Shown one piece after another: positions 18,562 to 24,000 of a stretch of DNA of 24,000 nt. A program made the translations under genes and the position numbers. The stretch's first letter is position 1. Every line of letters starts with the position of its first letter. A model generated the notes under the pieces. It did no database searches. It was not told where the DNA came from and was given only the letters and a program-made list of their open reading frames with translations. The DNA is from an uncultured Pseudomonadota bacterium (lineage in GTDB: Bacteria > Pseudomonadota > Alphaproteobacteria > Acetobacterales > Acetobacteraceae): positions 279,906-303,905 of the forward strand of contig CAWFTU010000024.1 of the NCBI GenBank assembly GCA_963818725.1, read 5' to 3'.

Positions 18562-19710
18562 CTAGCTCGACGGCACGGCCGAGACGCGGTCGCCGTCGCG
18601 CACGAAGCTGCCCGAGACGGCGACGACGGATTCGCCCGGTGCCAGCCCCGCCGTGATCTCGACCTGGCCCTCGGCGCGCAGTCCGGTCTGGACCGGGCGC
18701 GTCATGACCGTGCCGCCAGAGACGACCTGGACACGCGCGCCCGCCGGCCCGAACAACACGGCCGAGAGCGGCACGGTCACGCCGTCGCGCCGCCCGGTTT
18801 CGACCTTGCCCCGCGCGTAGCTGCCGATCGTGAGCCCCTTTGAATCATCGAGCGCGATCCGCACCCGGCCGAGACGGGTCACGGGGTCAATCTCGGGCGC
18901 GACAAGGCGGACATGTCCGGCCCGCTGGCCCAGCCCCGCAGGCAGGATGGTCGCGGGCTGGCCCGGACGGAGGCGGGCCAACAGAATCTCGGGCACCTGC
19001 GCGTTCAGCTCCACGGCACCATCGGCGACGATCCGGAACAGCGGATCGCTCGTGGCACCGACCACGGCGCCGAGGCGGGCCGTGCGGCGGCTGATCCGGC
19101 CGGCAACGGGCGCGCGCAACGCGGTGCGGGCGATCCGCACCGTCAGCTCGTCGCGCTGGGCGAGCGCGAGCGCGCGGTCGGCCTCGGCGGCGCGCAGCGC
19201 GGCGTCCGCGCTCGCCACCTTGGCGTCGGCGACGTCAGCAGCCATGCGGCGCTGCTCGAACGTCTCGCGCGAGTTGGCGCCGGGGCCAACCAGCGCGCGG
19301 GCACGGACCAGGGCAGCCTCGGCTTGCACCCGGCTTGCCTCGGCCTCGGCGGCCGCGCCCTGCGCCTCGGCGATCGCCGCCTGGGCGCGGGCGATCTGGG
19401 CGGTGTTCTGGGCCAGCGCCGTGTCGAGCTGCTCGCGCGAGAGCCGGGCGAGCACCTGCCCGGCGGCGACCGTGTCGCCCTCCTCGGCCAGGATCGCCGT
19501 CATCGCGAGGCCGTCCACCTGCGGCGTGACCAGCGCCTCCTCCCGCGGGACGAGCGTGCCGGTGAGGCTGAGCCAGTCCGCGAGGACGCCACGCCCGGCG
19601 GCCACGACAGTCACGGCGGGCGGGCGCGGCCCCTCCTCCACCGGGGCCGCCGCGAAGGTCGGCCCCGCCAGGAGCACGAGAAGCAGGGCGAGAGCATCGG
19701 GCCGTCTCAC
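18562..19710 (-). CDS. RND efflux periplasmic adaptor (HlyD/AcrA type)
   Basis: ORF 18562..19851, but the leader from GTG 19710 (VRRPDALALLLVLLAGPTFAAA) is a good signal peptide. That GTG overlaps the TetR stop (GTGA). Ends 5 nt before the permease start. Confidence 0.92.
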   Translation of the reverse strand: MRRPDALALLLVLLAGPTFAAAPVEEGPRPPAVTVVAAGRGVLADWLSLTGTLVPREEALVTPQVDGLAMTAILAEEGDTVAAGQVLARLSREQLDTALAQNTAQIARAQAAIAEAQGAAAEAEASRVQAEAALVRARALVGPGANSRETFEQRRMAADVADAKVASADAALRAAEADRALALAQRDELTVRIARTALRAPVAGRISRRTARLGAVVGATSDPLFRIVADGAVELNAQVPEILLARLRPGQPATILPAGLGQRAGHVRLVAPEIDPVTRLGRVRIALDDSKGLTIGSYARGKVETGRRDGVTVPLSAVLFGPAGARVQVVSGGTVMTRPVQTGLRAEGQVEITAGLAPGESVVAVSGSFVRDGDRVSAVPSS

Positions 19711-20324
19711 GCGCCGGCACTCCCCGAGGGGGGACGGAAGAAGCGAAGCAGCAAGGCGCGCAGCACCGGACGCAGCCGCTCCGGGTCGAGCGGCGGGCCG
19801 AACGCCTGGTGCGCGCACAACCCGTCGCCGAGCGCCATCACCACTTGGCACGCGGTCGCGACGTCAAGATCAGGATCAACCAAGCCCGTTGCCTGACCAC
19901 GCCGGAGCGCGGCCGTCACCGCAGCGCGCGCCTCGGCGGCATTGCGCTCAAACATTGCGCGCACGGCGGGGTTGCGCGTGGCCTCCGCGATCGTCTCGGC
20001 GAGAAGCGCGCGGCCGGTATCGGCCAGCACGGTCTCCAGCGTAGCGATGCCAATGGAGGCGAGCGCCTCGACCGGGTCGTCCGCCTCGGCCAGCCGGGCA
20101 AAGAACGCCGCGTGGCGTTCGCGCTCGGCCTCGGCGATGGCGGCGATGATGGATTCCTTGGAGGGAAAATAGCGGTAGAGCGCGCCGGCGCTCATGCCCG
20201 CCTCGGCGCAGATCTCGCCCATGCTGGCGCCGTGAAAGCCCGAGCGGGCGAAACAGGTGATCGCCGCGTCCAGGATGCGCGCGCGCTGTTGCCCGGCCGC
20301 CGACCTCGTCCTGCCCTCGCTCAT
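19707..20324 (-). CDS. TetR/AcrR-family transcriptional regulator
   Basis: 205 aa, ILDAAITCFARSGFHGASMGEICAEAGMSAGALYRYFPSKESIIAAI is a classic TetR HTH. GGAGG RBS upstream of the ATG. Confidence 0.95.
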   Translation of the reverse strand: MSEGRTRSAAGQQRARILDAAITCFARSGFHGASMGEICAEAGMSAGALYRYFPSKESIIAAIAEAERERHAAFFARLAEADDPVEALASIGIATLETVLADTGRALLAETIAEATRNPAVRAMFERNAAEARAAVTAALRRGQATGLVDPDLDVATACQVVMALGDGLCAHQAFGPPLDPERLRPVLRALLLRFFRPPSGSAGA

Positions 20325-20343
20325 ACATCCCGCCTCCTTGCGA

Positions 20344-20359
20344 GCGAATGTTCATTCGC
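20344..20359. promoter_or_regulatory. Palindromic putative TetR operator GCGAATG-TT-CATTCGC
   Basis: Perfect 7-bp inverted repeat with a 2-nt centre, about 20 nt upstream of the TetR start codon. Core GAATG-N2-CATTC resembles operators of AcrR-like regulators. Confidence 0.6.
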
Positions 20360-20476
20360 ATGGGCCGGGGACGAAATCAAGCGGATTGGTCGCGCTCTCG
20401 TTCAGGAACCAGGGACACCCTCAAGAGTATTGGAGCTGATGCCAATTTTATCTGCCTCTGCGAAAGGTTAAGGAAA

Positions 20477-20707
20477 ATGGGCGAGGGATTTGAAAGCCAC
20501 TGGGATCCGAGCTGGTTTCGGCACAAGGCGCTGCAATGTCGGCAACTGGCGTCCTGCGTCCCGGATCAAAGCATTCGCGCGACGCTAGAGGAGATGGCGG
20601 CTGATTTCGACACCCAAGGCAATGTCGCGGAGGAGGCTGCGAAGTCGGTTCCCAGGCGCAAGGGAGCCGATGGCGCGCGGCATGACATTGGCGACGCTCC
20701 GCGCTGA
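20477..20707 (+). CDS. Small conserved hypothetical-like protein (76 aa)
   Basis: Within ORF 20348..20707. ATG at 20477 preceded by AAGGTTAAGGA. WFRHKALQCRQLASCVPDQSIRATLEEMAADFDTQ resembles small alphaproteobacterial proteins of the form YRxxAxeCRxLAxxxxDpxxRxxLLeMAxxyd. Confidence 0.55.
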   Translation: MGEGFESHWDPSWFRHKALQCRQLASCVPDQSIRATLEEMAADFDTQGNVAEEAAKSVPRRKGADGARHDIGDAPR

Positions 20708-20717
20708 CTTACACAAA

Positions 20718-21952
20718 TCAGGGGTGCCGACGACCTCCGCTCTTCCAAAGTGAACGACTGGCCAAGCTGGCGCCCTGCGTCAGCGCCTCCAGCTTCGCCC
20801 ACGCGATGTCCGAATGCACCCGGCCGCCGAGGCCGCAATCGGTCGCGGCGATCACCCTCTCCTTCCCGACCAGGCGGGCGAAGCGGGTGATACGCTCCGC
20901 CACCAGCTCCGGGTGCTCCACGACGTTCGTGGCGTGGCTGACCACGCCCGGCAGGATGAGCTTGCCCTCGGGCAGCTTCGTCTCGCGCCAGACGGCCCAT
21001 TCGTGCTCGTGGCGCACGTTCCCCGCTTCGAGTGAGTAAGCGCCGCAGTTGATCGCCAGCATCACGTCGATGATGTCGCGCATGGGGATGTCGGTCGTGT
21101 GCGGGCCATGCCAGCTTCCCCAGCAGAGGTGGAAGCGGATCCGGTCCTCGGGCAGTCCCTTGATCGCGGCGTTGAGCGCCTCGACCCGCAGCATCGAGAA
21201 GGCCCGGTACGCCTCCACGGTCGGCTCCGGGTTGATCATGTCCCAGTTCTCGGCGATCGAGGGATCATCGAGCTGGAGGATCAGGCCCGCGTCGATAATG
21301 GCCTTGTACTCTTCCCGCATCGCCTCGGCGCAGGCGAACAGGAACGCCTCTTCGGTCTTGTAATGGACGTTGCCGATGCGCGCCGCGCTGCCGGGCGCGA
21401 CGGAGGACATGAAGCCCTCCGCCACCCCGTTCGCCGCTAGCGCCGCCTTGAAGTTGGCGATGTCGCGCCCGATCGCCTCGTGTCCAACGTAAGTGAGCGG
21501 ACCCACGCAGACCGGCCAGGCCGCGGCGCGCGGCCCGGTGGTGATGCCCGAGTCCGGATCGGCGTAGGCCGCCGCGAAGCGCTGCCGGTCGCGGCGGTCG
21601 GCGAAGCTTGTCAAGACGGCCTCGCCCGGACGCGCCCGACGCGCCGGGATCTCGTACAGGCCGGGGCCCGCGAGGTCGAGGCCGCCGAGACGCTGGAAGG
21701 AGTAGCTCCACCAGGCGCCGTAATTGACCCGGTGGCCCATGGCCTTGCCGTACTCGCCATCGCCGGGACATCGATGCCGAGTTCCCTCTGGCGCCGCACG
21801 ACGTCGCCCACGGCTGACGCCAGTTGCGCCTGGAACGCCGCCTCGTCCGCGTCCCCGCCCGCTTGGCGCAGTCGGTTCGCCTCGATCAGCGAATTGGGGC
21901 GCGGCAGGCTGCCGGCGTGGCTGGTGAGGATGTGGGTGTCGCTGCGCCGCAT
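20718..21952 (-). pseudogene. Cobalamin-independent methionine synthase-like (MetE C-terminal/UROD-MetE superfamily) protein with one frameshift
   Basis: N-terminus MRRSDTHILTSHAGSLPRP...RRQRELGIDVP is in the frame of ORF 21611..21991. The remainder (MGHRVNYGAWWSYSF...HLCWGSWHGPHTTDIP...ATDCGLGGRVH) is in the frame of 20718..21740. GGGAGGGA RBS before ATG 21952. Confidence 0.85.
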
Positions 21953-22048
21953 CGTCCGTCCCTCCCCCAGCGCTTGCCAGTGGCCGCCCATGTCTTAATC
22001 TGCATGGAACTGGCTTCCCGCACCACCGGGGAAAGGAGAAACGTCACC

Positions 22049-22636
22049 ATGGCGACGAACCGCGGACCGATCACGCCGGCGGGCCTCAACCATCTCGTCC
22101 TCAACGTGCGCGACATCGAGGAGTTGCACACGTTCTGGACCGAAATCCTGGGGTTCAAGCAGGTGGGCGAGCTGCACGCCACGCCGCAGCGGCCGAACCC
22201 GCCGAAGATGCGCTTCTACAGCGGCGACCACGGCGACGGCATGCTGAACCACCATGACGTCGCCTTGGTGGAGAACCCCAACCTGCCGGCGCCCCCGGCG
22301 GAGTGGAGCATGTTCGGCACACCCTGTGCGATCAACCACATCGCCATCACGCTGCCGAGCCGCGACGCGTGGCTGAATCAGCTCGCCTACTTGCAGGAGC
22401 GCGGCGTGACCTTCAACCGCCGCGTGGAGCACGGCATGACGCACAGCCTGTACATCCACGATCCCAACGGATATGGTGTCGAGCTGCTGTACGAGCTGCC
22501 GCGGGAGGTGTGGGAAGGCGACATCGACGCCGCCCTGAACTACGCCCTCCCGGTGCCGACCGAAGGCAAGAAGGCCCTCGCCGATCGCGCCGAGGACGTG
22601 CCGGTGTTCGGCCGGGCGCAGCCGGCACCAGCCTGA
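22049..22636 (+). CDS. VOC-family (glyoxalase/extradiol dioxygenase-like) protein
   Basis: MATNRGPITPAGLNHLVLNVRDIEELHTFWTEILGFKQVGE...INHIAITLPS...SLYIHDPNGYGVELLYELP. AAAGGAGA RBS. Confidence 0.92.
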   Translation: MATNRGPITPAGLNHLVLNVRDIEELHTFWTEILGFKQVGELHATPQRPNPPKMRFYSGDHGDGMLNHHDVALVENPNLPAPPAEWSMFGTPCAINHIAITLPSRDAWLNQLAYLQERGVTFNRRVEHGMTHSLYIHDPNGYGVELLYELPREVWEGDIDAALNYALPVPTEGKKALADRAEDVPVFGRAQPAPA

Positions 22637-22647
22637 TCGGAGCGCCC

Positions 22648-23034
22648 ATGCCGCACCGACGGAGCGTGAACGGGTCGCGCGCGCGCCACGAGAACCCGAT
22701 CCCGAACGCCAGCCGCGTTGGCAACATCGTCATGTCCAGCGTGATCGGTGGCGCCACTCCCGGAACGCGCGACCTGCCGCCTACGCTGGAGCAGCAGGTC
22801 GCCAACGTGTTCAGCCACATCCGGCACGACATCGAGGCGGCGGGCGGCAGTGTCGATGACATCATCAAGGTCACGTTCTGGGTGAAGGACCCGGCGAGCC
22901 AGCGCGCGGCCCTGAATGACGCGTGGGTCAAGATGTTCCCGGACCCCGAGTCGCGCCCGGCCCGCCACACCCTGCCCCTGCCGGCGAATAGCCGGGCGCT
23001 GGTGCAGGCCGACTTCACGGCGGTCCTGTCCTGA
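22648..23034 (+). CDS. RidA/YjgF-family protein
   Basis: 128 aa, ASRVGNIVMSSVIGG...QQVANVFSHIRHDIEAAGGSVDDIIKVTFWVKD...RPARHTLP...VQADFTAVL. Lies inside the track ORF 22303..23034, whose upstream part overlaps the VOC gene. Confidence 0.87.
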   Translation: MPHRRSVNGSRARHENPIPNASRVGNIVMSSVIGGATPGTRDLPPTLEQQVANVFSHIRHDIEAAGGSVDDIIKVTFWVKDPASQRAALNDAWVKMFPDPESRPARHTLPLPANSRALVQADFTAVLS

Positions 23035-23036
23035 CC

Positions 23037-24000
23037 GTGTCAGTGCCGGTGAAGTTCGGCGTGGGCCAGCCTTTGCGGCGCTTCGAGGATGTCCGCCTGC
23101 TCGCGGGACGGGGCCGCTATCAGGACGATGTCACGCTGCCCCGGCAGGCCTACGCCGTCTTCGTCCGCTCGCCGCACGCGCACGCGCGGATCCGCGCGAT
23201 CGACACGCGCGCGGCGTCGCGCGCCCCTGGCGTCCTTGCCGTCTACGCCGGCGCGGACTACGCGCGGGACGGGCTCGGCATGCCGAAGGCCGTCATGCCG
23301 CGCAAGAAGGCCGACGGATCGCCGATGTTCGCGCCGCAGCGCCCGGCGCTGGTGGCCGACCGGGTGCGCTACGTGGGCGATCCCGTCGCGATGGTGGTGG
23401 CCGAGACGCTGGCGCAAGCCAAGGACGCGGCGGAGCTGGTCGCGGTCGAGTACGAGCCGCTGGCCTCGGTGACGTCTGTGGCGGAGGCGGCGCGGTCCGA
23501 CGCGCCACGCGTCTGGGACGAGAACCCCGACAACGTCTCCCACACCTACGAGCGCGGCGACCGCCAGGCGGCCGAGGCCGCCTTCGCCCGCGCCGCGCAT
23601 GTCGTCACGCGAAGCTACGTCATCACCCGCGTCCACGCGCAGTACATGGAGCCGCGCGGCGCGACCGGCCTCTACGACCCGGCGGAGGACCGCTACACGC
23701 TCTACGCCGATGTCAACTATCCGCACCGCGTTCGCAACATGCTCGCCAACGCGGTCTTCAAAGTGCCGGAGAGCCAGGTTCGTGTCATCTGTCGCGACGT
23801 CGGCGGCGGCTTCGGCGCCAAGGGCTGGCAGTATGTCGACCACCGCCTCGTGCTGTGGGCGGCGCGCAAGCTGGAACGGCCGGTGAAGTGGCGGTGCGAG
23901 CGCTCGGAGGCGGTCCTCGCCGACGAGCACGGGCGCGACAACGTGGGCACGATCGCGCTCGCCTTCGACGAGAACGCCCGGATCATTGGCCTGCGCCTGC
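23037..24000 (+). CDS. Molybdenum hydroxylase large subunit (CoxL/xanthine dehydrogenase family), 5' part, runs off the window
   Basis: Open frame from GTG 23037: VSVPVKFGVGQPLRRFEDVRLLAGRGRYQDDV...VGDPVAMVVAET...RVICRDVGGGFGAKGWQYVDHRLVLWAARKLERPVKW. Absent from the ORF track because it has no stop inside the window. Confidence 0.93.
   Translation, partial: MSVPVKFGVGQPLRRFEDVRLLAGRGRYQDDVTLPRQAYAVFVRSPHAHARIRAIDTRAASRAPGVLAVYAGADYARDGLGMPKAVMPRKKADGSPMFAPQRPALVADRVRYVGDPVAMVVAETLAQAKDAAELVAVEYEPLASVTSVAEAARSDAPRVWDENPDNVSHTYERGDRQAAEAAFARAAHVVTRSYVITRVHAQYMEPRGATGLYDPAEDRYTLYADVNYPHRVRNMLANAVFKVPESQVRVICRDVGGGFGAKGWQYVDHRLVLWAARKLERPVKWRCERSEAVLADEHGRDNVGTIALAFDENARIIGLRL

Noticed and set aside
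18830-20044. 404-aa plus-strand ORF
   Set aside because: Antisense to the adaptor and TetR genes. Ser/Arg/Pro-rich with no recognisable fold.
22303-22647. Upstream part of the 243-aa ORF 22303..23034
   Set aside because: Overlaps the VOC gene out of frame. RidA homology begins after ATG 22648.
1-24000. CRISPR array, tRNA/rRNA genes, transposase or integrase
   Set aside because: No spaced direct repeats, cloverleaf-like sequences, rRNA-like blocks or transposase/integrase motifs were noticed. A tRNAscan-SE, Infernal and ISfinder run would be needed to exclude them formally.

Overview
This is a GC-rich, probably alphaproteobacterial-type chromosomal window, read from sequence only. It contains: an HtrA/Deg-like protease; an AcrA/AcrB-type RND efflux pair; an operon-like set of F420-dependent-reductase-like, DJ-1/PfpI and TMEM175-like genes; a CmcJ/NvfI-like oxygenase; a very large SF1 helicase; a TetR-HlyD-RND efflux operon; and a probable catabolic cluster (MetE-like, VOC, RidA, and the start of a molybdenum hydroxylase large subunit). 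The most notable object is the large minus-strand gene at about 10392..15343. It encodes a UPF1/Dna2-like SF1 helicase, a Vsr/MTES-like nuclease domain, and what looks like a GreA/GreB C-terminal-type domain. It is broken by a frameshift in a GC dinucleotide tract at helicase motif VI. Two other genes carry single lesions: an in-frame amber codon in the PfpI gene and a 1-nt frameshift in the MetE-like gene. These could be real decay or assembly/sequencing errors. I saw no CRISPR array, tRNA, rRNA or transposase. Bases 1..849 have no convincing assignment.
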